Assembly: GCA_019828565.1 (NCBI GenBank)
Contig: JAHDYR010000015.1
Location: 842,986-906,985, forward strand
Length of the DNA stretch: 64,000 nucleotides
Direction of reading: 5' to 3'
Origin: Carpediemonas membranifera BICM
Lineage: Eukaryota > Protista > Fornicata
This document shows positions 9,799-19,067 of the stretch, in pieces. The first letter of the stretch is position 1, and every line of letters starts with the position of its first letter. The position numbers and the translations under genes were made by a program. The notes under the pieces are model-generated. The model was not told the DNA's origin. It saw only the letters and a program-made list of their open reading frames with translations, and made no database searches.

Positions 9799-11339
9799 CT
9801 GCCCTGTCTCCCTCCTACTCACGTCTTAAGTCGGTAGGGAGATCGTCTTCTCCAGGGCTTCCACAAAGCGTCTTCTTCGTGGACGTCAGCACAGCTGCAA
9901 ACATCACAATCGCTCACACGTCATCTCATTGTCTTCTATTCCACATTAAATTCACTTCTACACTTGTATAGGCTGGTAATGGTGTTCATCGTCGGCTCTA
10001 TATGTGTGCGTCTGGGCAATTGCAGACGGAGTGGAGACGTTGAGTGGCCTCATCAGCCACTTCAACGGGGAGTACTCGATGTCGCTCCGCCAGCCTCGCC
10101 TCGTGCCAATCGTGCCCATGGCCCCCGTCCGACCGGGCTTCATGGCCTACAGTGAAACGATGGGCCTACTGAATGATAATTTCTGCCATCGTGTGGGAAT
10201 TAATCCCACACTCCCACACGCCACCAAACCGTTGACAGAAGAGCAGGAGGAACAATACCAGAACAACCCAAGGTCAATGTGCCGTCTGCTCAGCCTGAGT
10301 ACTGATGGGGTCTGTGTGGCGGTGACGGTTAAGCGAGGCGGCCGCTATCGGCCACAACATGATGCGAGCATGCCTGTTCGAAAGCGAGCGAAATGGCGGG
10401 AGAAAGAGCGCCCCCGACTCGGGACCAATAATGCCGAGGCTCCGCCCGCGCCGGATCCTGATGCCCACCTCATGGGGTTCGACCCGGGCGCGAGGTCCAT
10501 CGGAGGGTATTACATCAGGCACCCCGATGGCACCATCAGCTCCGGCGTCCTTCCAAAGTGCGGATACACTAAGACGCCAAGTTTCGGCTTTGATATGACG
10601 GCCGCGTCGTTCAAGAGCACAAGACTAGTGAGTATCAACAACTCTATTAGGTTTGTGCTGGACAACGCGAACGACATTTTCGAGGCTGGAATGCGTAAGT
10701 CTTTCCGACGAGTGCGCTTTGCGAACCACATCCTTCGCCAGAAGCACTTCGCCCGCTGCGGCCAACAGTTGGCTCGGGAGTTCGGTCGCCACCATCCCAT
10801 CGCCACCCCCATTCGCCTGAAAGTCTTCTACGGGAGCTCGGGATTCACCACGCCTGCTGGTATGTTCATTCCTTGCGCGCCATATCGAAAGTTCGCGAGA
10901 GAGATAGTACCCCTTCTCAAGGGGTATAACATTGTCGTCGATCTTAACATGGTTAACGAGGACCGCACCACCGTCGTCTGCCCTCACTGCCACGCCCCCT
11001 ACAAGCGAGTTCGTCCGCGTGATGACCAGCACGTTCACCCACATCGTGTGATGCTCTGCGAAAATCCACAGTACCGTGGTGCTCAGTGGCGCGCAACAGT
11101 TCCTGATGCTCTGAATGTTGATCATCGGGACAAGAGTGCTGCAGAGAACATCCTGTGGCGTTCTCTTGCCACGGAAGATGAGCTCAGTGGCTCTCCGTTC
11201 AGTCGCACATCGATCCCGCGCCTTCCAACATCATTCCAGTATCATCAATTGGCTAACCGCCAACATTCGTCTACGGACGGATGATGTTGTACAGTTTGGC
11301 ACTTTGATCGTTCCTTTTAGGCCCTGTCTGGGAGGTTCG
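9799..11339 (+). mobile_element. Fanzor element 1 (no transposase; internally deleted or N-truncated)
   Basis: Bounded by 25-bp direct repeats; contains only the Fanzor ORF; homologous to 31568-33963. Confidence 0.8.
10004..11284 (+). CDS. Fanzor1/TnpB-like RuvC endonuclease, N-terminally truncated (probable pseudogene)
   Basis: RuvC-I GFDPG; VFYGS (Gly at the canonical RuvC-II Glu site); relocated Glu in VNEDRTT; CPHC; RuvC-III HRDKSAAENI. GTG start with in-frame TAA at 9977; lacks about 230 aa present in copy 2. Confidence 0.88.
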   Translation: MCVWAIADGVETLSGLISHFNGEYSMSLRQPRLVPIVPMAPVRPGFMAYSETMGLLNDNFCHRVGINPTLPHATKPLTEEQEEQYQNNPRSMCRLLSLSTDGVCVAVTVKRGGRYRPQHDASMPVRKRAKWREKERPRLGTNNAEAPPAPDPDAHLMGFDPGARSIGGYYIRHPDGTISSGVLPKCGYTKTPSFGFDMTAASFKSTRLVSINNSIRFVLDNANDIFEAGMRKSFRRVRFANHILRQKHFARCGQQLAREFGRHHPIATPIRLKVFYGSSGFTTPAGMFIPCAPYRKFAREIVPLLKGYNIVVDLNMVNEDRTTVVCPHCHAPYKRVRPRDDQHVHPHRVMLCENPQYRGAQWRATVPDALNVDHRDKSAAENILWRSLATEDELSGSPFSRTSIPRLPTSFQYHQLANRQHSSTDG

Positions 11340-11364
11340 AACAATGTGTTTATACTGCGCAACA
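11241..11364 (+). ncRNA. Candidate omegaRNA 3' scaffold plus guide of element 1 (boundaries approximate)
   Basis: Hairpins 11249-11263 and 11264-11283 (cUACGg) covary with element 2. Confidence 0.55.
11340..11364 (+). repeat. Right 25-bp direct repeat of Fanzor element 1
   Basis: Identical to 9774-9798. Confidence 0.9.
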
Positions 11365-11553
11365 ATCGATCATCATGACCCAGACGAGGACGGTCCGCTT
11401 GATCGGGCCAGTCCTAGTCAGTACTACTCAGTACTAGTCAGTCACGAGCGACAGACTATTCTGGTGACATCATCCCGCCAGAATCCCGGGTAAAACCCCA
11501 ACAACATGGGCAACAAGGTCTTTACTCTTAGCATAAGGGACCTCCAAAGCCCC

Positions 11554-12498
11554 TCAGCGCCCGTTCAACATAGCCAACACTTTCGCATCAAAGTCGTCCA
11601 ACGCACTCGCCTCACTCGCAGCCCAAGGCCCCCTGTGTTGGGCAGTCTGTGTCCCCTCAACCCGAGAACCCGACTCTGGCAGTGGTAACTCTCTCTGTGG
11701 TGAAGGGATACGAACTGTAGGCCTAGCCTCTTCTCTCCCACGGCTGCTGCCATGTTCTTCGTCGCTGTAGTCACTTTCTGACTCTGACGTGCTCTTTTCA
11801 GAGTCGGATGAAACCGAGGCGCTGTCATCTGATCCAAACCTCCCCCTGTTCCTCATAATATCCACTATCTGCCGCTGTCTGAGGTGTCTCAGTCGCGGTG
11901 GAGTCTCAGCATCCTCATCGCTTCGATCATCAGCCACGGATTGTGCTTTGTCGCCTTTGCCCAGTGGCCGGGGAATTCGGCTGGGGTGGCCCCTTCGCCT
12001 TGGCCTCTCCATATACCCCTCTAGCCTCTCGGCGAGCTCCTTGTTCTCGAGCTCCAGGGTGGTTGCTCGGTTGTATGAATCTTTGAGTTGTTCAGAGAGC
12101 CTGTCGCAGGTGGACCGGAGCTGCTGGTTCTGGGCATTGATCTCGTTGATCCGGCGGATGCATTCTTCTCGGACGGCGAGCACCTGATTGTCGGCGTTTG
12201 CTGCGGCTGCTTGCAATTGCTGCTGAGAAGCCATATCCGCTTTCGCCAGTTGGGCCTCGAGTTCTGAAATTCGCTGACTGGCATCATCTAGCTTCTGTGC
12301 AGCCAATTTGGCGTCTGATTCGGCCTGCTCTTTCGCGGTTTGCAGCTTTCTCGTTAGCTGCTCGCAAAGCTCCGTCTTCTCCTCGACAAGGGACTTTTGT
12401 GCCTCGTTATCTGTTCTTAGCGTGCAATACTCTCTGAGGAGGTTGGATATCCTTGTCTTATCCTCAATGGGCAGTGCCCGTAGCGAACTAGACATCAT
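11554..12498 (-). CDS. Coiled-coil protein with hinderin/KIAA1328-like N-terminal motif
   Basis: SLRALPIEDKTRISNLLREY resembles the SLxxLxxEDKxRIANLIxE motif (from memory); heptad-rich body. Confidence 0.55.
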   Translation of the reverse strand: MMSSSLRALPIEDKTRISNLLREYCTLRTDNEAQKSLVEEKTELCEQLTRKLQTAKEQAESDAKLAAQKLDDASQRISELEAQLAKADMASQQQLQAAAANADNQVLAVREECIRRINEINAQNQQLRSTCDRLSEQLKDSYNRATTLELENKELAERLEGYMERPRRRGHPSRIPRPLGKGDKAQSVADDRSDEDAETPPRLRHLRQRQIVDIMRNRGRFGSDDSASVSSDSEKSTSESESDYSDEEHGSSRGREEARPTVRIPSPQRELPLPESGSRVEGTQTAQHRGPWAASEASALDDFDAKVLAMLNGR

Positions 12499-12753
12499 CT
12501 GACGCTAGAATTTTATTCGACAGGGCCGGTTGAGAGGTGTCATGGGGCGCAGTAGAGCATGGCTAGGTAGTAAAGCATATGGGATGGCCGTAAACGCAAA
12601 ATTTTCTTAAAACTGCTGACCTAACCCAGGCGGCGTCCGATGGTGACTATCGGACAAACCTGGCATCTGCTTCCATGTCCTGCACTCCCGTATCACCCTA
12701 CACCCGGCAGTTATCCGACTCGCAACTCTTGCTCATTAGCTCACCACCCTGCA

Positions 12754-14520
12754 ATGGCGAGTCCAGCACTGAAAGAACTCATTCGACCATTGCCTGACTA
12801 TCGTTCAGTGTTACGAGCTGAACAGACCAAACAGAAAGAGCGCAAGGATGCTGTTAAGCCTCTTTCCGGCCGATCTGGTAAGAACGGCGCACTAGCCGCC
12901 CTTCCGCAAGTCACAGACGCCAAGAAACAGCAGCAAGCGCATCAATACATCCGTTTCAAGCGTGTTCTTTCTCTAACCCGCAGTCCGCTTGGCCTTCCCG
13001 TCGTCGCCGATGTCGTCCGCTCCAAAACCTACCGAGCAGCATGCCCCGTGCTATTCTACAAGATGTACAAGACCAATGTGACCATCGTACGTGCCACTCT
13101 CGAGGCAGCAGGCTTCAGGGAGACCACTACCGCCGACTGGTCGCTTTGTTGGATCGGGCAACATGTTCGTCCTTCTATTCTCGAGCATATGAAGCCCCAT
13201 CAGTTCATCAACCACTGGCCAAGGTCATACGAGGTCTCTAGGAAGGACAGGCTGTGCCACAACATCTCTAGGATGGCAACCGTGAAGGGAAGACACCACT
13301 TTTCATTCATTCCAGAGACATACATCTTACCTGACGAGTACTCAATGCTCAAGGACCAGCTCGAGAAGAAGCTGGGTAGATTGGAGCCGTCTACTGTCAT
13401 CGGACCACACATAATCAAGCCACAGGCCAGCAGCCGGGGACGAGGCATTGAAGTCGTTGACAAGTTCGGTCAGATACCCACAACGGGCAAGGTGGTGCTC
13501 AGCAGATATTTAGATGATCCATATCTCCTTAACGGATACAAATTCGACCTCCGAATCTATGTTACTGTTCTATCATTCGATCCTCTCCGAATCTACGTCC
13601 ACGAACAAGGCCTTGTCAGATTCGCCACCGAGAAATTCAGATCCAACCTCCGCGGTGCCGCAGCTAAGTATGTTCATCTTACAAACTACTCCATTAACAA
13701 ACATAATCCGCACTTTGAAAAGAATAAGGACGACAAGGTCGAGGACGGTGGGTCTAAGTGGACGCTGGCCGCGCTATGGTCCAGGTTGCGTGCGTTGGGG
13801 GTGAGTGTGGCGAAGGTCCAGGCAGATATTGACGATATCATCGTGAAAACATTCATATCCGTTGAACCGGCCATCGCGGCTGCTGCCAACACGCTTGCCC
13901 GTCCTTCCAAGGCGCGGTGCTTCGAACTCTACGGTTTTGACATTTTACTTGACTCGAACCTGCGACCTTGGCTACTTGAGGTTAACTTCTCCCCTTCGCT
14001 AAGCTGTGATACCCCTCTCGACCTGAAAATCAAATCGACTGTCATTTCAGACACGTTTACGATGCTCGGGGTGACTGCCCCACAGCCCCCAGCCAACCCC
14101 AGTCGAACCATGCGCGGAGTTTCACAGTTTGTGTCCAAAGTTTCGCCGACACGGCCACACACTCGTGCTTTCGAGACCAGACAGCCACTGGCATCCAGAC
14201 CTGCACCCTCGGAGACTCAGACCAAGCGCCATATCCGCCAGCTTCATCTCGAATCCCAGCGGATGGCCGGGACTGGCTGGAGACGAATCTTCCCCTCCCC
14301 CGACGGCGGCAAGTACCTCCACTTGTTCGAGATCAAGAGGCCGTCAGACGAGGCGGCAGTTGCGTTCCTCTTGGAGAAGGAAGGGGGGACGATGAGTCGG
14401 GCATTCGGGGGTGGCAGCAATGTTACTGCGATCACTGGATTTACGGACACGAGGAGGAGGCCGAGGAGCGTTCCACCGGTCAGGAGAGTGCAGTCGGGTC
14501 TGGTGCGGAGGGACAGATGA
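12754..14520 (+). CDS. Tubulin polyglutamylase, TTLL4/TTLL5-like
   Basis: INHWP, FIPETYILP, IIKPQASSRGRGI, KFDLRIYV, HLTNYSINK, FELYGFDILLD, LLEVNFSPS. Confidence 0.93.
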   Translation: MASPALKELIRPLPDYRSVLRAEQTKQKERKDAVKPLSGRSGKNGALAALPQVTDAKKQQQAHQYIRFKRVLSLTRSPLGLPVVADVVRSKTYRAACPVLFYKMYKTNVTIVRATLEAAGFRETTTADWSLCWIGQHVRPSILEHMKPHQFINHWPRSYEVSRKDRLCHNISRMATVKGRHHFSFIPETYILPDEYSMLKDQLEKKLGRLEPSTVIGPHIIKPQASSRGRGIEVVDKFGQIPTTGKVVLSRYLDDPYLLNGYKFDLRIYVTVLSFDPLRIYVHEQGLVRFATEKFRSNLRGAAAKYVHLTNYSINKHNPHFEKNKDDKVEDGGSKWTLAALWSRLRALGVSVAKVQADIDDIIVKTFISVEPAIAAAANTLARPSKARCFELYGFDILLDSNLRPWLLEVNFSPSLSCDTPLDLKIKSTVISDTFTMLGVTAPQPPANPSRTMRGVSQFVSKVSPTRPHTRAFETRQPLASRPAPSETQTKRHIRQLHLESQRMAGTGWRRIFPSPDGGKYLHLFEIKRPSDEAAVAFLLEKEGGTMSRAFGGGSNVTAITGFTDTRRRPRSVPPVRRVQSGLVRRDR

Positions 14521-14592
14521 GCTGAGAGTCGTCTTACACTGCGCGTACGTAAACTACATGAATTACATGTGGTTTTATCTATAATCCGGAGC

Positions 14593-15597
14593 CTACTGCT
14601 TGAGTGTGATATCGAGCATCTCCCTCCATCTCTCCATCCCGACGGAAAAGTCGATACTGTATCCCAGGATAAGAAGCTTAATGACGAATGTCCACAAAAC
14701 ATGGATCGGGATGAGGAGTATCATAAGGACGAGGGCCGGAAGCCACCGGATACTCTTCTGGTGGACGAGCCAAGCGATACAAACGGCAACATGGATGAGA
14801 CCGAACAGCGCGCCAGTGGTCCAAGCCAGGTAGCCGACGATGGTGTAGGGGATGATGCAGAAGGGGAGTGTCAGCATTGGGGGGAGTAGGGAGTACGCGA
14901 CGACGTCGAGGATCGTTACAAAGGAGAGGGGGAAGGACGCGACGAGTGAGACGATCCAAAACACGGCCGGTACGATTACTGTGTACGCAATCACCACTGC
15001 TGCTGCAAAGAGCACTCTTCTGAAGTCATATTCGTTGTCACCGACGCCTGATGACAGAGAGGGGATGTACGCGTGGTACACGGAATTAAACTTCATGGCA
15101 ACGTACGACATGACGCCGAGGAGGCAGATATACGTCATGGTGATCCACATGGGGCCGTAGATCTCGCCGTTGGCCGCGGACATCTTGGTGAAGTGGCCGG
15201 TGTAGGGAAAGAGAGCGGCAAGGAGCCGCTTGCCAATATCAAACGTGTTAACGTCGCAGAACCGCTCGTAGTACTGAGGAGTGATCCAGCCGAGCCAGTT
15301 GGGGAGAGTGATGGTGTACTGGCGACCCTGTTCTTCAGGATTCGGGATTTCATCATCATCCTTTCCATCTTCGGACTCGAAGAACGCATCGTCTGCTTCC
15401 GCTGTAGGAAGAATAGCAGCCGGTTCCTGATCTTCTTCCTCATTCTGTGTAGGCTCCGGAATCATCGTGGGCTCGTCTGTGGGCTTTGGGCTGCTTGCAG
15501 ACGAGGAGGTCTTCTTTGCCGGTTCCATGGTGGGTGCAAGGGCAACATCCGTAAAGAATGGATCGTCGTCGGCAAAAGGATCAAAATCGTCTGCCAT
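14593..15597 (-). CDS. Yip1-domain Golgi membrane protein (YIPF1/2-like)
   Basis: YYERFCDV, EIYGPMWI, five TM helices, acidic N-terminus; ATG at 15597. Confidence 0.85.
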   Translation of the reverse strand: MADDFDPFADDDPFFTDVALAPTMEPAKKTSSSASSPKPTDEPTMIPEPTQNEEEDQEPAAILPTAEADDAFFESEDGKDDDEIPNPEEQGRQYTITLPNWLGWITPQYYERFCDVNTFDIGKRLLAALFPYTGHFTKMSAANGEIYGPMWITMTYICLLGVMSYVAMKFNSVYHAYIPSLSSGVGDNEYDFRRVLFAAAVVIAYTVIVPAVFWIVSLVASFPLSFVTILDVVAYSLLPPMLTLPFCIIPYTIVGYLAWTTGALFGLIHVAVCIAWLVHQKSIRWLPALVLMILLIPIHVLWTFVIKLLILGYSIDFSVGMERWREMLDITLKQ

Positions 15598-15778
15598 TGC
15601 GCTGTTTTCCAGACTTTTCGTGTCTTCACAGTCGCGGAGTCGGGCTCGCACCTCACCCAAACCCAAATTAGGTTCGAATAATGTGGCAAATAGGCGATGT
15701 ATAGGGGCTTTGGCTCGTCTGAATGTGTATATGAACAGTTTTAGCCGTTGGCATAAACTGCGCGCTCCCGGCTTTTTG

Positions 15779-17725
15779 ATGGTGTCGCCACAGAAGGCTC
15801 TGCCTGTATATGCGAGCAAAAAGGAGATTCTCAAGGCCATATCCAGTAACACGGTGACGATTGTTGTCGGAGCGACCGGTTCAGGCAAGACTACGCAGAT
15901 CCCACAGTACCTGCTCGAGCTCTCAGAGAAGGACAAGATCCTGTGTACGCAGCCACGCCGAGTGGCTGCAATCTCAATTGCTCATCGTGTTGCTGAGGAG
16001 CGAAACTGTGAAATTGGCTCTCTTGTTGGATACAGCGTTCGTTTCGACGATAAGACGTCTTCCGAGACGAGGCTGAAGTATGCAACGGACGGCATGGTCA
16101 TCCGCGAGCTCGCCAACGACCACATTCTCTCCCGCTATAAGTATCTCCTCATCGACGAGGCACATGAACGAACAGTGGCCACGGACGTCCTCCTCGGTGT
16201 CGCCCGGCAGCTTGCCGAGCAGCGTACTGACAGTATTCGGATCATAATCATGTCAGCCACGCTCGATGTGGACGTATTCAGCGCCTTCTTCGCCTCTGCT
16301 GCCCCCGCGGAGATCGACATCCCTGGCCGAACATTCGAGGTCGCCCATTACTATGTCAATCGCCCAGAGCCCGACTACACTGAGGCAGCGTTTGCAGCAG
16401 TCGTCCAGGTGCACGAGAACGAGCCGAGGGGCGACATACTGGTGTTCATGACCGGTCAAGAAGACATTGTCGGCCTCGCCACCCAACTTCGCGAGCTCGC
16501 CAAGGAAGTGAGGCTGAAATCAAAAGACGGGGATGATCTGTGGGTCGTTCCTCTTTTCTCAGCCCTGCCCTACGACCAGCAACGCCTGGTGTTCAAACCC
16601 ACTCCCAAGGGCATGCGAAAGGTTGTTATTGCCACCAACATTGCCGAAGCTTCAATTACTATACCCAACCTGACATACGTAATCGATTCCGGTCTGGTCA
16701 AACAGCGCAGGTTCGACCCCCATACGCTCTTTGACACACTCTCAACCGTGCCAATCTCCAAGGCTTCCGTCAGACAAAGGTCGGGGCGAGCTGGACGGGT
16801 TGGCCCAGGAAAGGTGTTTCATTTATACACTCGGGGCGGGTTCCTGGGTCTCGAAGATCACACAGATCCAGAGATAGTCAGATGCGATCTCGCTGGCCAG
16901 TACTTGCAACTCTTGGCAGCTGGCCGGAATGTTCTTGCCTTCCCATTTATCTCTCCTCCCCCCACTGACACGAAGCGGACAGCCCTACGTCTGCTATTGA
17001 AGCTAGGTGCCATCCAACACGACAGCACCGTCGACCCAGCGGATGCTACCGCCATGCCCTTCGTCCTCACTGACGTTGGGACGAAGCTCGCCAAGTTCCC
17101 GCTCGAGCCGAACCATGCCATGTCTCTGATAGCCGCCCACGAGCTCGGCTGCCTGGCCGGCGTTCTTACCGTGATGAGCATGCTCAGTGTTGACAACATT
17201 CTCGCACCACCACATGCCGCGGCGACGGACGGGGACGATGACCGGGTCCGGAGCGCGAGGGCAGCTTATGCTAGTCCGTATGGTGATCACCTCACTATGA
17301 TGCGACTTTATAACGCGTGGGAAGGTGAGAAGCAGCCCAACCATTGGTGTAAGGGGGTGCAGCTTAACCCGGCCAACCTCAAGAAGGCCAAGCTCATCAG
17401 AACTCAGCTAGAGGACGTGGCCAAGAAGAACCTTGTGGACTCGACTGCCGGTCTGACTCAACATTCTGGTCTCAGCGAAGATGCTCGAGTTCTAATGGCG
17501 CTGTGTCGTGGCATGGTTGATAACATCGCTGATAGAAACGGCCCAGCGTTTGAAGTGCGGGGGACGAAGCAGCAGGTGTTTATCCACCCGACGTCGGTGC
17601 TGTTTAGACGGAATGATGTCGGGGAGCACCTCTTGTTCGACGAACAGGTGGTGACGACGAAAAAGTACATTCGGGTCGTCAGCAAGATTAACGCGGAGTG
17701 GTTGGTGGTTGATAAGAGGCAGTAG
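15779..17725 (+). CDS. DEAH-box RNA helicase (DHX33/Dhr2-like)
   Basis: GATGSGKTTQ, TQPRRVAA, DEAH, SAT, ATNIAEASIT, QRSGRAGR; HA2/OB C-terminus. Confidence 0.95.
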   Translation: MVSPQKALPVYASKKEILKAISSNTVTIVVGATGSGKTTQIPQYLLELSEKDKILCTQPRRVAAISIAHRVAEERNCEIGSLVGYSVRFDDKTSSETRLKYATDGMVIRELANDHILSRYKYLLIDEAHERTVATDVLLGVARQLAEQRTDSIRIIIMSATLDVDVFSAFFASAAPAEIDIPGRTFEVAHYYVNRPEPDYTEAAFAAVVQVHENEPRGDILVFMTGQEDIVGLATQLRELAKEVRLKSKDGDDLWVVPLFSALPYDQQRLVFKPTPKGMRKVVIATNIAEASITIPNLTYVIDSGLVKQRRFDPHTLFDTLSTVPISKASVRQRSGRAGRVGPGKVFHLYTRGGFLGLEDHTDPEIVRCDLAGQYLQLLAAGRNVLAFPFISPPPTDTKRTALRLLLKLGAIQHDSTVDPADATAMPFVLTDVGTKLAKFPLEPNHAMSLIAAHELGCLAGVLTVMSMLSVDNILAPPHAAATDGDDDRVRSARAAYASPYGDHLTMMRLYNAWEGEKQPNHWCKGVQLNPANLKKAKLIRTQLEDVAKKNLVDSTAGLTQHSGLSEDARVLMALCRGMVDNIADRNGPAFEVRGTKQQVFIHPTSVLFRRNDVGEHLLFDEQVVTTKKYIRVVSKINAEWLVVDKRQ

Positions 17726-17965
17726 CGGTATAAATCGTGCGGTTAAGGGAGTTTGGGGACTTGGCGATGTACGCTGGCTCGATGCAGCGATCGATGGGTC
17801 TGCTCGATGGATTTTAGTGAGGTCTCAGATGAAGCTATGGATTCAGCATGCTACTGGTGTGAAGATATAGCGGTGATAGATTAGGGAAGGAGTGTGTTGG
17901 ATGCAATCGCCGCAGGTAGAGGTTCTGCGCGTAAACTGCACATTCTGAAGGAGGCGAAAGCACGA

Positions 17966-18565
17966 ATGGAAGGTACTGTCGAGCTTTCATCATGCTCAGG
18001 AGCCGACGGCTCATGTATAGTGCGTATGAACAAGAATACCAGCATTGCGCACGGCTCAATGACATGGATGCGGAGGGGGACGCGCCACGAGACGCAGCAG
18101 CTCGCCTCAATCACAGTGACGTTCAGATTCCCTTCAGGCACCACTACGGACGATTCTCGTGCTGTTGGAGCTATGCTTTCCTCTGCCTTTGCGAACATTC
18201 TAGACCAAACGAAGCTCCCGGCCACCGATATCGACGTCACCGTCGCTGTCGTGTGTACTACATCCGACATATGGACCCTTGGTGTCTATGCTACGCTCTT
18301 CTCTCTTATGGATGGCGGAGTGCCCCTTGTTTCCTATCTTGTTCCCCAGACAGTGGCCGTGGGACAAGACGATGCTGTGATCGCCACTCCTACGCCGGAA
18401 CAGACGGAGGAAGCGAGCGGAGTGTGCAGGGTAGCGTTTAATCGGGCTGGAAAGGCTGTGTTCGTTGACGCCCGTGGTAAGATCGCTGATGTGAAGCGTC
18501 TCATCGAAGAAGCAGCTACGAGTGCGAATGAGTGTGTCGCGTGGGTCAGAAGTATGATGGGGTGA
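17966..18565 (+). CDS. Exosome RNase PH-like subunit (Rrp46/Rrp41-like)
   Basis: ADGSC N-terminal motif, LPATDIDVTV, SLMDGGVPL. Confidence 0.7.
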   Translation: MEGTVELSSCSGADGSCIVRMNKNTSIAHGSMTWMRRGTRHETQQLASITVTFRFPSGTTTDDSRAVGAMLSSAFANILDQTKLPATDIDVTVAVVCTTSDIWTLGVYATLFSLMDGGVPLVSYLVPQTVAVGQDDAVIATPTPEQTEEASGVCRVAFNRAGKAVFVDARGKIADVKRLIEEAATSANECVAWVRSMMG

Positions 18566-19067
18566 GCATTTGGTAGTGTTCGATTCATTATAAAGTGCCA
18601 TGCGGGTTTATGAAGTCTAATTTAGGTCACATGAAGCATCGCAGAGGCAGTCTCTCTCATCCTGTCTTCTGGATTTGTCACTTGTTCGACGCTTCCTCTG
18701 AGATGAGGACGCTGAAGTCAACACCGGAGTTGACATAAACTTTGACTCGTCCCCCAGCCATAGACGGCGACAGAGTCAACCCACCCCAGTGAAGGCATGG
18801 GTCAGCTTACTGCCACCATACATGTTGCAAGTAGCAGCCTGAAGTTCGAGCGGGTGGACACTATCCTCAGCCAGACATGCAAGCTTCGCCCCGAGACTCA
18901 TTCCAACGAAAACGTGAGCAAATCTGACAATATACTAAATGGCTCAACGCGGCGAGCAATGCATCAAGGCTGGAGATGCCGATGAATTTGAAATTGTATT
19001 GGATAGATGAATGTACCACCACTGGCATCTTACGCAGTAATCGAAGACGAGGACGTATTTACCAGGT

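Noticed and set aside
9791-9802. Similar plus-strand left junctions GCAACA|CTGC (element 1) and GCAAGCA|CTGC (element 2)
   Set aside because: They are opposite ends relative to the ORFs and the other ends lack GCAG; with n=2 it cannot be separated from chance.
11409-11443. Three imperfect 10-bp tandem units (CAGTACTAGT-like) near Fanzor element 1
   Set aside because: Outside the direct repeat, no counterpart at element 2; ordinary minisatellite.
15467-15936. Apparent head-to-head overlap of the Yip1 and DEAH helicase ORFs
   Set aside because: Artefact of upstream non-preferred starts; ATGs at 15597 and 15779 remove the overlap.
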